DNA of 51,103 nucleotides from Girardia tigrina (taxonomy: Eukaryota): assembly GCA_001938485.1 (NCBI GenBank), contig MQRK01178639.1:1-51103 (forward strand). Reading direction: 5' to 3'. Positions 1 through 12,114 of the stretch are shown here, piece after piece; within the stretch, counting starts at the first letter, position 1; every line of letters starts with the position of its first letter. The notes under the pieces are model-generated. The model did not search any database. It saw only the letters and a list, made by a program, of their open reading frames with translations, and was not told the origin of the DNA. The position numbers were made by a program, and so were the translations under genes.

Positions 1-417
1 AACATCGTCAGTATCTTCGAAAAACTGAAAATTGATATGTGTATACTCACAGAGACGCACTGGATCGGAACCGATATTGCCTCTTTCGGGGATTGGAGGA
101 TCCATCATAGTGGCAGTACGAGTAGCATAAGGGAAAAAGGCGTAGTCATGATGGTAAAATCTGGGGATTCAATGAACATCGAATTCGAAGCGATCAGTGA
201 GAGAGTGTTCCTCTGTCATATACCAAAAAGGTCGATCACAGTGGTGGGGGTATACGTTCCGACTGACAGCGGACACTCAAGTGATGAAAAGGAAGAGTTC
301 TTCGCATTACTGCAAGAACATGACGAAAGGGCGACGACTGAGGCTGAAAAGAGGAAACACGAACTGATAGTTGGAGACGACTTCAACTGTCGACTTAATC
401 GGACGGAGGAAAACTGA
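1..417 (+). mobile_element. Non-LTR retrotransposon (RTE/CR1-like) APE endonuclease fragment
   Basis: ORF has the EEP-endonuclease motifs ILTETHW, VGVYVPTD and IVGDDFN; it stops prematurely at 417. Confidence 0.8.
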
Positions 418-2738
418 AAGACTGTATCAGCATGCCGAGATTAGACAACTTCGATTGGAGATAGTGAGAAAACTCGCTCTGATTGGTCAAAATAAGAAAG
501 TAAAAATCGAATAAAAGGAAAAGTGAATTAATCACTTTTTTCATGATTATTAGTTTTTAGAAAAAAAGGCTCTCAATTCGATTTTTCATGATATGATATT
601 CTATTGTATTTGTGCTTTATGTTTTTCAATTTGATTGTCGTTTCATATGAGAAATTTTTATGAGAGCGAATTTTTTTTAATCGAAATTATGCATTGTGAT
701 TTGTCGATATGTGATCAGACGATTCGAATAATTAATTGGGAAATCAATTTCGTTCAGATTTTTTGATCATTTTTTTTGAAATTTGAATTTTATTGACAAT
801 TTTAAAATGATTTTTTTTGTAATTTGGAGAACTGTAAAACATTTTTTGTTCGATTAAAAATTTCCAAACAGATATGTTTTTGAAATTTTTGTAGAACAAA
901 TACATCTTCTTGATTTAAATTGTTGTGGTGACAGTACCGATGATCGAAAAATTTTAAATCATGAATCCCTCGATAAATAAAAATAAATCAATTCAATGGG
1001 CCTAGCACAATGAAAATAATCCACTGCGTAACCCTGCTACCACCGTCTAATTCTCGGTTCAACTTGAGGGTCAAGCGGAATAATTACTATTGTTGTGCGT
1101 TACTTTAGTATTATTTACAGTAAACATACATGTATTATACGTGTTTTCGTGAATTATATTATTATATGTTAGCTTTATATTATTGCGTTTTCCAAAATAA
1201 AAAAATCAATAAAAAATTAATTAAAAAGTCAATATCGCTTATATTGATTGTTAGTAGCATTGATGTTATCTTCAATTTAAGAACTTGAAGTCATGGCCGT
1301 CATGATTTTTTATTAATGATATAACACTAATTAAAATAAATTTTCATATCCTTTTCTTTAAAAACCAACATTATTGTTGTTCTTTACTGTCCCCAGCTTG
1401 TCCCAGAGACTGACCAGAGGTGGCAGATTTATAGCGCTGGATTCGCTGTGGTTCTTGCTTGACCCATCTAAATATGTTGTTAATAGTATTCTTGTTCGGT
1501 TCATTATCATTTTTAAATAATCTAACGTGTAAATAATTCAAATTTTAAAAATGTAATTAACGTTCTGCTTTTCCTATAATTAGTAAATAAGATAATTATA
1601 TTTAATTTTAAATAATCTAAAATCTAAAAAGTAAATAATTCTAATAAATAAAACAGAAATTGATCATAAATTGAAAAGGTGAATTGAGAAACAGTAAAAT
1701 ATTACTTGTTTGAACTAAAAATAATATCATAAATTTGTACAAATTCATTTAAAATGTAAAATACTGTAAATTTTTTAGCGCTTTTTTTGTTTATTGCAAT
1801 AATTCATTTTTTTAAAAGATAATGACACAAATTATTTTTTGAGACCAGTACGGCTTGAGGTCGGACTCATGAACTACGACAATGAACATAAAAATAAGAA
1901 AGAAAATAACAAGATTTTACAAAAACTCGTTCATGTAAAAACATAAAATAAAAATATCTTTAAAGTCTGAAAAGAAAAAGATAAGTTGAACAATTTATTT
2001 GAAAATAATAAAAATAAAACTAAATCGACAGAATTAATATAATTCATTTTAAAAACATCAAAACAAAAACGTTTTTCTCGCCATATTTTATATCAAAAAA
2101 AAATTTAAATAATTTTTTATTTTGAAATCAAATTTATAATTTTATGTTTACTTTTTAGTTTAAATGTTTTTGATTTTAAAAATTTTTTAAGGATTTATTT
2201 TCTTTAAAAAAATTTTTTAAACTTTTATTACAGAACAAATGTTAATTCGTAATTTGTCTCTATCAAATTATAGAAATAATTCATTATAATATATATATAT
2301 ATATATNNNNNNNNNNNNNNNNNNNNNNNNNNNNNNNNNNNNNNNNNNNNNNNNNNNNNNNNNNNNNNNNNNNNNNNNNNNNNNNNNNNNNNNNNNNNNN
2401 NNNNNNNNNNNNNNNNNNNNNNNNNNNNNNNNNNNNNNNNNNNNNNNNNNNNNNNNNNNNNNNNNNNNNNNNNNNNNNNNNNNNNNNNNNNNNNNNNNNN
2501 NNNNNNNNNNNNNNNNNNNNNNNNNNNNNNNNNNNNNNNNNNNNNNNNNNNNNNNNNNNNNNNNNNNNNNNNNNNNNNNNNNNNNNNNNNNNNNNNNNNN
2601 NNNNNNNNNNNNNNNNNNNNNNNNNNNNNNNNNNNNNNNNNNNNNNNNNNNNNNNNNNNNNNNNNNNNNNNNNNNNNNNNNNNNNNNNNNNNNNNNNNNN
2701 NNNNNNNNNNNNNNNNNNNNNNNNNNNNNNNNNNNNNN

Positions 2739-4700
2739 AAATGTTTTTCGTTTTAAAAATTTATTGTGGATTTATTTTCTTTAAATAACTTTTATTTCAG
2801 AACAAATTTTAATTCCTAATTTATCTGTATAAATTGTAGAAATAATTCGTTAAATTCTGATTGTTGGTAAATAAAATTAATAATATTAAAAAAGGAATTA
2901 AATATAACTTTTAAAAGGAAATTAACAAATTTATTTTTAGAGAACATTTTTTATTTTTTACAATAATTATATTAACTCACTTCCTATAAATATTTATATC
3001 ACAAATTATTTAAACGACTTTTCACCAACTTCAAATTGTCAAAATAAATTTTATATATATAAATGAATTGTTTATTTTACTAAAATATTCTGTCTTCTTT
3101 TAAACACAAGTAAAATCTTTCTTACAAAATGACATAAAAATAAATTTTGTAGCATATTTTAAATTTACATTTATTTTTTACATAAACACAGCGATTATTT
3201 TTTTATTAATGTAATAAAATTGTACATTGTTAATCACTGGTCGAAGAGGGTACCCAATCGTCCATGCCGCATGTACAGCGGTCAACGACCACAGAATTCG
3301 TGATCGGAGGATGACGGTAAAACATTCGAAATATTTTTTCCTGAAATATATTTTAAAATAGCGTGTTTTTTTGTTTAAAATACATTTTTAATGATTAAAA
3401 TTTGTTTTATTAATATAATTTAACATTAAATAACTTTGAATACTAAAATGAAATTTTATCAATTTTTGATATTTTTCTGTGGTTTTTTATTTTCGCAAGT
3501 CGCTAATTCGAGGATTGTAAGAAATGATAATATAGAAGAAGGCAATGGCCAGCTGCAAGAGGATGTAAAAGAACGTTTTCCCAGACATGCGGAACATTTT
3601 ACTAACAAAGCGAAATTCGAATTGAAAGAAGCATTTCCAATCGATTTGTATACTGGAGTGAAGTTCAAACTGACGTATGACCCTGTGGACTATGATAACA
3701 AGGACGTTGTGTTTGTACTGGCCATCACGGAGAATAATGTATTAAAGTCGTCTGTCATTATCGATTCCACAAGGATCAAGTATGAATTCATTGATGAGAT
3801 ATTTACTGTCGTTGAAGAACAGCGATCTAAATTCTCTTTTGAAGGAAGATTACAATTTTCACGCATTTGTAATCACTCAATTTTCACGGTCTTTTATTTC
3901 TCGAAAAGAAATCCTTTAATTGAAGACAGATTCTATTTTGGTCGCCCCGATTATCGCGCTCCTCTGCGGGGCCTTTCGACAACTGACATAATATTTACTT
4001 ATTTCAGAGAGAACTTCCTTCAGTTCAAGGATTACACCATTTATAATAATCTCATCGAACTCGATGATTCTAATCTGTTTTCGAAAATTATTTTCTTAAT
4101 ACAAACGGACAGTGTGACACAAATAATAACTTTTATGCTCCTGGCCGCTGTTGTGGGACTATTTATCTTCATTATATCGTATTTCGCTTCACATTTTCGA
4201 CATAATAATAAGAAGAAGAAGAACGAGCAACAAGAAAATAAAGTTTAGTAAATCTTCAGCATTAAAGAAAATAAATTTTGTATATTTTATTAATAAAACC
4301 TTTTGAAATTGAATTCAGACTTTTGTATATTACTTTATCATTGTATCTATTTTTCAAAAATTAAAATTCATTTGCTATTTGTTCCATTTATAATAGGAAC
4401 ATTTACTCCTAATGGAAATGTAATTCCATGGGGTCAATTCCTTATTGTAGTAAAATCGAGGAAGTCCCGAAAAAGGCACAAAGGTTTTCGGTCGATCTGT
4501 TCAAACTTGGTATTCGTATATATTAAAATTCGTACACGTAATATTCTTTCTGTTTTTGTAACCACTTTTTTGATTGTAGAATGAAATTCAATATTTAAAG
4601 AGATTTAATGCGAATAATGCAAATTATTTAACAATTTAGTTTGTTTGAATATTGAGAATTTAGTAAATGCGGGTTAATTATTGATTTATCTGTGTGATAA
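2739..4700 (+). repeat. Left arm of a ~2 kb inverted duplication (partner ~12185-14127)
   Basis: 2739-3969 is the reverse complement of 12897-14127 with no difference seen by eye; 3970-~4700 is homologous to ~12185-12896 but diverged. Confidence 0.9.
3448..4248 (+). CDS. Orphan type I membrane protein, copy 1 (266 aa from the first ATG)
   Basis: Intact intronless ORF with signal peptide MKFYQFLIFFCGFLFSQVANS, a beta-rich ectodomain with an NHS sequon, TM segment IITFMLLAAVVGLFIFIISYF and basic tail RHNNKKKK. Two paralogues in the window have identical length. Confidence 0.85.
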   Translation: MKFYQFLIFFCGFLFSQVANSRIVRNDNIEEGNGQLQEDVKERFPRHAEHFTNKAKFELKEAFPIDLYTGVKFKLTYDPVDYDNKDVVFVLAITENNVLKSSVIIDSTRIKYEFIDEIFTVVEEQRSKFSFEGRLQFSRICNHSIFTVFYFSKRNPLIEDRFYFGRPDYRAPLRGLSTTDIIFTYFRENFLQFKDYTIYNNLIELDDSNLFSKIIFLIQTDSVTQIITFMLLAAVVGLFIFIISYFASHFRHNNKKKKNEQQENKV

Positions 4701-5774
4701 ACAAATTGCGTGTTTTAGTAATAAAAATATATTATTTGTCTCATGTACGGTTTTTGAAGCTATGTCAATACCGACGGAGTCTGTTTTAAAGATGACAATT
4801 TTTATGTTATTTTAGTCTGGATTTGTAAAAAAAATATAGCAAAAATTTTGATATTTGTTTCAATTGATGAGGCTGCTGCAAAATTGGTCAAGTTTGAGGA
4901 TAGTTCGAAACTTGCTGACAATTTAAAATAGAAACCTTGCATAAAGTTCAAATTTATCTGTTTGTAAGGCTTAAAATATATAACACTACAAAAATTATAA
5001 AAAAATATAATAGTAAAGCATTTTCAAAACATTTTAACCCTAATGGGACCGAAACTATTTCCTTTAGAAAAAATGAATTTTTGATATTAATTCTGGTTTA
5101 TTATATCTAAATAACTTGTTCTACATTAAAAAATAAACTGATGAGTTCAAACTCGTGACTCATATATACAAAGACTATTGCACCTAATGCCGCCTGTTGC
5201 CGAACTTCTTCGTCTGTTGTGTCTTTATCAAACAGACTCTTTATCTTCAAAATCTTTCTGTGTTGAATCAATTTTCACAGACATTAAAATTATATAAATT
5301 CAAAACGTTGACCTTGCTAGGCAATTCAGTTAAACAAATTAACATTTTTTTTAGTGTGAATTAAATTCACATTTGAAATGAATTTTGTTTCATTTCAATT
5401 TGAATTGACCAATTGGGTCACGTTGTGAATGTAATTTCATTGGGTGTGTTTAAAATGAAAGTAAAGAATTCATGTGTGTGTTGTGTGAAAGTTACACAAT
5501 CACAATTTTTAATGTCTGAAAATTTTTCACTATTGGTTTTTTTGATTTAATAAAGAATAAAAGAATTCGTGACGGCATTTAAAATTAATAAATTCATTTT
5601 TTACAAGTGTTTTGGAAATCATTATTTCTTATATGTGATATAAGAAAACGAATAAATATAAATCGATAATAATGTTTATCAAATCATCAATGAAAATTAT
5701 TGATATTGCCAAATCTGTGATTAAATTTAAAAAATCAGGCTCAAAAGGTCATAGATTTCAGCAACAAATTCGAT

Positions 5775-6610
5775 ATGGGCGTGCAGATATTCATTTTGAA
5801 TTTGAGTAGAGCCCATCAAGTAATCGACCAAATCGAAAGAAACTCTCCAACGGTAATCGCACATTTCGATATTAAAGACGGTCATTTGGTCAAGAAAATC
5901 TATTTAAAATCAAGTAAATTTATTGTCGACTCAGACAGTGATGATTCGCTCGTTGAATCGAGTTCCGATAAATCCGATCGGAAATTATCGAGAAATAACT
6001 CGAATGAAATCAAAGCATCTTCATCGATCCTTCCTGACAACCGAATCAAATCTCAATCAAATCAAATCGATAAACCGCGTCGGAGAACGATCAACGAATT
6101 TCTATTGGAAACGAGCACTATATGCGATTTGAAGTCGGCAATCGAACAATATTTGGCGACAAAATTGTGGAAGAGCTTGTTTCGAATTGTCGCTTTGATT
6201 CGCACACGGAGAAATTATGTAATTGTGATATTCAGTGCCAAGAAACTCGCCAACAGTTATCTACACTATATTCGTGTGATAGATGTGATTCCAGTTAATA
6301 ATGAAACTAAAATCAGTGACGATCTAACTCGATCCAGTAGCGGCGCGATACAACAAGTAGTCTTAAACGGTGAAGATTTTTCTCTAAATCAATTCGATTC
6401 GATTTCAAATCCAATTGATTCTCAACACCCAATCAATCAATCGAATATGAAAGAATATCATTTAAGCTTCAAGGAAAACGAAGTCTTTACAAGTTTGAAT
6501 TGGCTGCAAAAATTGAGGGATGAAGCGGAATCATCGTCCGAACAGTCATTCGAACCAAAATTATCAGAATCTAATTATGATTTACGAAAACCCTCTGCTG
6601 AGATACAACA
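5775..6610 (+). CDS. Orphan coding exon, Ser/Asn-rich, product unknown
   Basis: 279-codon open frame in very AT-rich DNA. It ends at CA|GTAAGT (6611), a consensus donor, so the TAA is probably intronic. Confidence 0.55.
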
Positions 6611-6639
6611 GTAAGTGCTTTGGTTTAATTTGGCAACGT

Positions 6640-7270
6640 CAACATTCTTCAACTGATTCTTCAACTACTTTTATTTTAACGGTAAGCATTATATCATTCA
6701 TATCAATGTATTCATCTTCACTACCGATAATATCAAACTCTATATGAGATTTATTATACCCACTACATTTATCTGATCCTCTACATTCTTAATCTCGTGT
6801 ATCATTTTGATCTTTTCTTTTATTTGTTCTACTCCTTTTACATTATTCATCCGAACTTCTTTCTTGATATCCCTGTCATCACAACAGTTCATTAATAATG
6901 TTTCCATTATGCTTTCTTTGGACATGTTATGTTGCAAAATTCTTTCTGTCATCTTTTCTATTTTTTCGAAAAAAAACTTCAGGTATATCATCTTTCATCC
7001 TTTACCGGCATGGTTCCGACCAATCTTCAAATAGCGAAGATGTCCTCCCAAATGCTTTTCGAAGTCGATTTTTATAACTACATATCGACTTGTCAACGGT
7101 CTTATACTTTTCCTTCATGTCTCTTTCCAACAGACACAGGACAATCACGTCTTGTTTTGCTTTTGCCATTCCCGCGAATTGGAAAAATGTTTCATATTCT
7201 TCTATGAACGTCTCCACATTGTCACCTTTCCTGAATTTTTCAGGAAGTAATTGTTTCGGGAAGTTATCCA
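6640..7270 (-). mobile_element. Degenerate Ty3/gypsy gag fragment
   Basis: PEKFRKGDNVETFIEEYETFF...RLRKAF resembles the gag N-termini at 29345-29884 and 42700-42942; frameshifted. Confidence 0.65.
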
Positions 7271-7509
7271 AATAAATAAAATAAATAATTGCTGTTAAAG
7301 TGATTAATAATTTTAATAATAATGCAATTCTTTTTTCCAACAAAATTAATTAGGAAATATTAAAAATATACACAAATAATGCATGGACTAAACAACAATT
7401 GAATATAACTTGAACGACTTTTTATAACAAAACTCTGTTTATAAAATTAACGCAATATTTTGAACGAAAAATATATTTCACTACAAATATTTTTTATTTA
7501 CAAAACATC

Positions 7510-7900
7510 TTTCTTTTCGACCAAAATTGATCGTCTTTAAGACCACTGCTGGTCTAAAATATTGATTGATTGATTGCAGGTTCAATCTCCAAAATGTTGA
7601 AGTATCTGCAAAGAAATTGGAATGGAGTGATTTCATTATTTATTAAACAATATTTGAGCTCGGAAGAGAAATTTGAAAGAATATTAGGATCACGTTGTCT
7701 AGTTCTTTCAAGTTCATTTCTTATACGCAAACTAACAAGTCTCATAGGATTGCATCAATAATGTTGCTCTCAGTTTCAGTGAAAACCCATGGATTGTCAT
7801 GATGAACCCAAAATTTCATCTTTTGTTTCTTGTTGAAGGTCTCGGAGAAATTGTTGGTCAAGATCGTGGAATTGAACTATTTGATTATTGCGAGATCAAT
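7510..7900 (-). mobile_element. Degenerate MULE transposase C-terminal fragment
   Basis: Minus-strand translation LTNNFSETFN...HDNPWVF matches the TNNxxExF/HxNxWxF pattern. Confidence 0.45.
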
Positions 7901-8483
7901 TAACCGTGTCCTTTCAAATTAGAGATGAAAAGAGGCTATTTTTGTTTGTTGTTGTGGAGTTCCGATCCTTTTTTGTTTCAATGTACTAAATAATGTACGT
8001 GTTCGAGAATATAAAAGGTTAAATTAAAAAATTTTAAAAGTTTGAGAAATTTTGTCTATTAGTTAATCGAGTTTTTTTTGTAAATGTAAATTTTTTTGTA
8101 AATTATAAAATTTAGAAAAATGAAAATTAATTAAATTAATAAACTTTTGAATTTAGAAATTTTATGTTTGTGGTTAATTTAGTTTTTTAGTAATTATAAA
8201 AATGTATAAAAAATATTATTATGATGGTTAAGATTATTAAATTATGTCAAGAAAAATGTAAATTTTATGGATGAGTTTTAATAAATCAGTTTGTATAGGG
8301 ATTTCAGAACTAATAAAATTTTATTGAGATATCGATTTCTTTCATATATTCATTAACTGAAATTGAAATGCCTAATTTAAAAGAACAGATAACTTTGCCA
8401 TTTGACTATATTTTTAATGTGGATTATTTTATGAAGATATTCGAAGATTGAATATAACTAATTGAATATAAGAAATTGACAAA

Positions 8484-8793
8484 ATTTCAGTACCTATTAA
8501 AAATTGTGAAGACATTCATGATCAATGGAATGAATTAATGAGAATATTCCAAAATTGTGGAAAATCATCAACTTACAGATATTTATTTCTTATGGATTAT
8601 GTTGACTGCGGTTCTTATTCATTGGAAACAGATATATTTATTGTGTAAGATTATCAAGTGATAGACATTTATTTCTTGGGGATTATGTTGACTGCGGTTC
8701 TTATTCATTTGAAACTATATGTGTGTTGTTTGCTTACAAAATTAAATATCTATATAGAATATATTTATCACGCAGAAATCACGAATCTAAAAG
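8484..8793 (+). pseudogene. Ser/Thr protein phosphatase (PP1-like) catalytic subunit pseudogene fragment
   Basis: CEDIHDQ (cf. GDIHGQ), [10 protein letters not shown] (cf. GDYVDRG) and [13 protein letters not shown]...LSRRNHE (cf. RGNHE); catalytic motifs are mutated and there is an internal duplication. Confidence 0.85.
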
Positions 8794-9759
8794 CAGAACG
8801 AGAAGCGAGTTGTTGAACTCTGGGCATGGCTGCGCGCTCAAATTGCCGCTCTGCGATCAGTACGTATTTTATCAGAGGGCAAAAATCCAAGCGCCATTAT
8901 CAAATTTATCAGCTAGTTAAATTCTTTATTGCGAATGAAAAACTTTTTCAGGCCAAGTTCGCCAATTTTCCTTACAATGGCCTGCTTAAAATGAAAATAG
9001 TAGCCTTGACAGGTAATCTGTGAAAATATTTCACGAAATACTCTACTCAGCTTTTTTCAAAGTCACCAATTTCCAACTAAGACAAAAATTGATGTGTTAG
9101 GGTTTCGAAAAATACATATGAACACTTTTGATAACATTTTATGTAAAAAAAATTTTCAAATAATTCTTTTAGTAAAATTATTAATTTCAAACAAAATAAT
9201 ATTTAGTTTAACAAAATTTGGAATTTAAAATTAAAAATATTTTAGTCTTTGTTTTAATTGATCAATTTTCAAGGCTGATGAAAATAACTATATAAACAGT
9301 AGCAAATTTAGTTTAGTTTGTCCAAAAATATTTGCTGAAAAATTCGCCTAAGAAGAGTTCACGTAAACAAGTAAAGCGAATATCAAATTTTTTTTATTTT
9401 ATCCTTTAAAATATTGTTTTATTAAAGAAACCATAAGTATCCCGTATGGGAGAAAAAGATTTTTGAATTTAAAGTTTTAATCAAATCATCGTTGGTTTTT
9501 GGAGATTCACAGTCTTTACTGTAATCTGTTAACTCGTACAAAATATTGATTTGTGTTTGTGTTCTGTCATCAAGAATTGAATTAATATTATTATTTTCGA
9601 CTTGTTAATTGTGTTATTTGAAATAAAGCTTCATAAAAGATTTTGTGTTCATAGTCTATATATTTATGTTGGAAGTCTTTTCTGATTAATTGGAGCCAGA
9701 TTAAAGATTAAAGAATAAAGATTTGTGTTTTAAAAATAAATAATTATATTAAAGATAAT

Positions 9760-10270
9760 TTAATATCCAACAGATGTATCATATCTTTTATTTTTGAATA
9801 ACGAACTTGTAATGTTGATATTGCCTAGATTTCATAAAGACAAAAAATGTTGGCAAAATTCCATGTCGAAATGAAATAATGAACAACTGATAAAATTTTT
9901 TTGCACAATAAAAAATGTCCCATCATAACAGATGCTATCAAAATTTGGGAGACTATCAACCATTTCACTTGAAAAGAAAAAGATTCTAATGACTTCATCG
10001 CCATCAAATATTGGTTTTTTTTTATTGATTTTTCTGATATTGTTTCGGACAAATAATTTCTTTTAGTTCCTTCTTCAGTGCTCTCATTGGTTCTTCATAT
10101 AGTTTATGGTTCGTGGTTATGGCAGGTTTCAATAATAATTTCATTGGTATCAATCTTTAGCGAAATTAATTATTTAGTGACATTAATTCTTTGCTGAAAT
10201 TAAATCTTTTATTTATGAAAATTAAATCTTTAGTGAATTTAGTTCTTTAGCAAAATTACTTCCGCAACCC
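9760..10270 (-). mobile_element. MULE transposase N-terminal remnant with a repeat-rich terminus
   Basis: Minus strand reads ICYDGTF then, frameshifted, KFYQLFII; tandem tctttagYgaaatt motifs at 10155-10260 end in ccgcaacc. Confidence 0.5.
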
Positions 10271-10273
10271 AAT

Positions 10274-11060
10274 CTACGAAGAGTATAACAATTGTGAAAG
10301 AAGTTCAAAAGTGTGGTACGAAGTAGATAACGCCACTTCAAAAACCGATGAAAGTATTGCGCTAGTGAACAGATCAGTGACTGAAAATAGCCACATATAT
10401 TGTCGAGCGAAAGAAGATATTACTGGAATAACTAAAACCTTTGTTAACAGAATTATCACCTAATAATTTGTCTTAACAAACTTTACTTCAAAATGGTTTA
10501 CTTTTCAGCTGTCAGAGAACACAGAATAAATAGTGTTGAAATTTGTTAAGAATTACAAAATACTTTTTAGAAAGAGTCAAGGAGAGATTGTAAGTTTGTG
10601 ATAAGAAGTAAATTATATAAAGTCATTTTCATCTCAAAACACAGTGTGAAAATAGATAATGGTTGATGGTTATGAGGAAACTTAAAAACCGATAGTAATG
10701 CAAAAATTGTGATTATTTTAGCAGTGAATTCTATTGGCTCTGAAATTGGATTTTATATTGAAATATTGAAAGATGCTGGTCGATAAATACTGACAGATAC
10801 ATTCTTTTCCTTAAAACATTTTAAACAAGAACGTTTTATAAACATTGAACGTGACTTATGGATATATGATAATGTAAGCCTCATATAAGAGGCGCTTCAG
10901 TTAATTTTATCCTAAATTTATTAGTGTCTCAAAGTCCATATTCTCCAAATTTGAATGACCGATATATTTTTCGGAACAAGCAATCGCAAACCTTGATGAG
11001 TTGAAGGTTTATTTGAATGATGTTACGAATGGCCTTACAACTTCCCCCCTGAACAACCAT
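10274..11060 (+). mobile_element. Decayed mariner transposase
   Basis: SKWFTFQLS (cf. WVPHEL), IYDNV (cf. HDNA) and PYSPNLND (cf. YSPDLAP); many stops. Confidence 0.6.
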
Positions 11061-11067
11061 TTAACTG

Positions 11068-11644
11068 TTTACTACAAGACATTTAGAAAATTGTTAGGGT
11101 CAAAATGTTAATCTGAAATAAATATACAATTAAATGGCTCATTATGTGTACAATTTGATACCGATAATTCACCATAATAAATGATATATAATGTTTCACA
11201 AAGCACTGCCCCAATAATTATATAGAGCCGATCATTTGAAAATTAGATAAATTTATGTTCTATTAAATGATTTTATGTTCCAAATATTACTTGCCCTTCT
11301 CTTTCAGGCGATTTGTCTGTATGGTGCGAAGTCTCTCCTGTGCATATAGGGTTATATTAATGAGCAATTAATTCATTTTCATTTCGCTGATCGAGATTTA
11401 AATAATTGAAAACTTAAAACAAATTTACAAAATATTTAATCTAAGAAAAATTTAAATATTTAAAATTAAGGTGAAATTAAATAATATTTTTACTTTTCGA
11501 AAGATAGTAAATTAACGAAAAATAATTATTTTAAAATAAAGATTTACTACAAGACATTTAGAAAATTGTTAGGGTCAAAATGTTAATCTGAAATAAATAT
11601 ACAATTAAATGGCTCATTATGTGTACAATTTGATACCGATAATT
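11068..11644 (+). repeat. 102-bp exact direct repeat (11068-11169 and 11543-11644)
   Basis: tttactacaagacatttag...tgataccgataatt occurs twice. Confidence 0.9.
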
Positions 11645-11708
11645 GAAGGTATTAAAATATTGTTTTTGGGATTCGAATTTTCTGAGTTACAAATCATAAA
11701 AAAACAGA

Positions 11709-12114
11709 ACGAATGTTATACTGCCCCCATATGTTATGTAATCTGTATAGATTATATTATTTCTTTTCGAATTAGAGGAATAACTGGTGGAATGGATGAA
11801 TAAAATTGTTAATTAATTAATAAAAAATGAAATAATTAATTATTAATTAATTGAAATTCAATCAAATCAAATTTAATTAAATCAATGAAATCAAATTTAA
11901 TAATTTAATTATGATTATTATTAAATTAAATTAATAAAAAAATAAATAAAATAATTAATTAAAATTTATTTATAAAATAAATTAAATTAATTAATTAAAA
12001 TAAATTAAATTAATTATTATTAATATATTAATAAAGAATTAATTAAATAATTAATCTTAAAGAATATATAAATCTTCACAGATTACATAATATGTGGGGC
12101 AGTATAACAGTCGT
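11709..12114. mobile_element. Foldback/MITE-like element with ~50-bp inverted termini and an almost pure A/T core
   Basis: acgaatgttatactgcccccatatgttatgtaatctgt at the left end matches the reverse complement of acagattacataatatgtggggcagtataacagtcgt at the right end. Confidence 0.7.

Noticed and set aside
3436-3447. TTG start giving 270 aa
   Set aside because: Eukaryotic context; the first ATG (3448) directly begins the signal peptide.
3459-3668. Antisense ORFs over the membrane-protein genes (also 13198-13407, 18415-18832)
   Set aside because: Shadow frames of the real CDS, repeated only because the gene is duplicated.
5034-5520. TTAACCC piggyBac-like end and short palindromes (tgtgaattaaattcaca)
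   Set aside because: No matching partner end or transposase could be identified.
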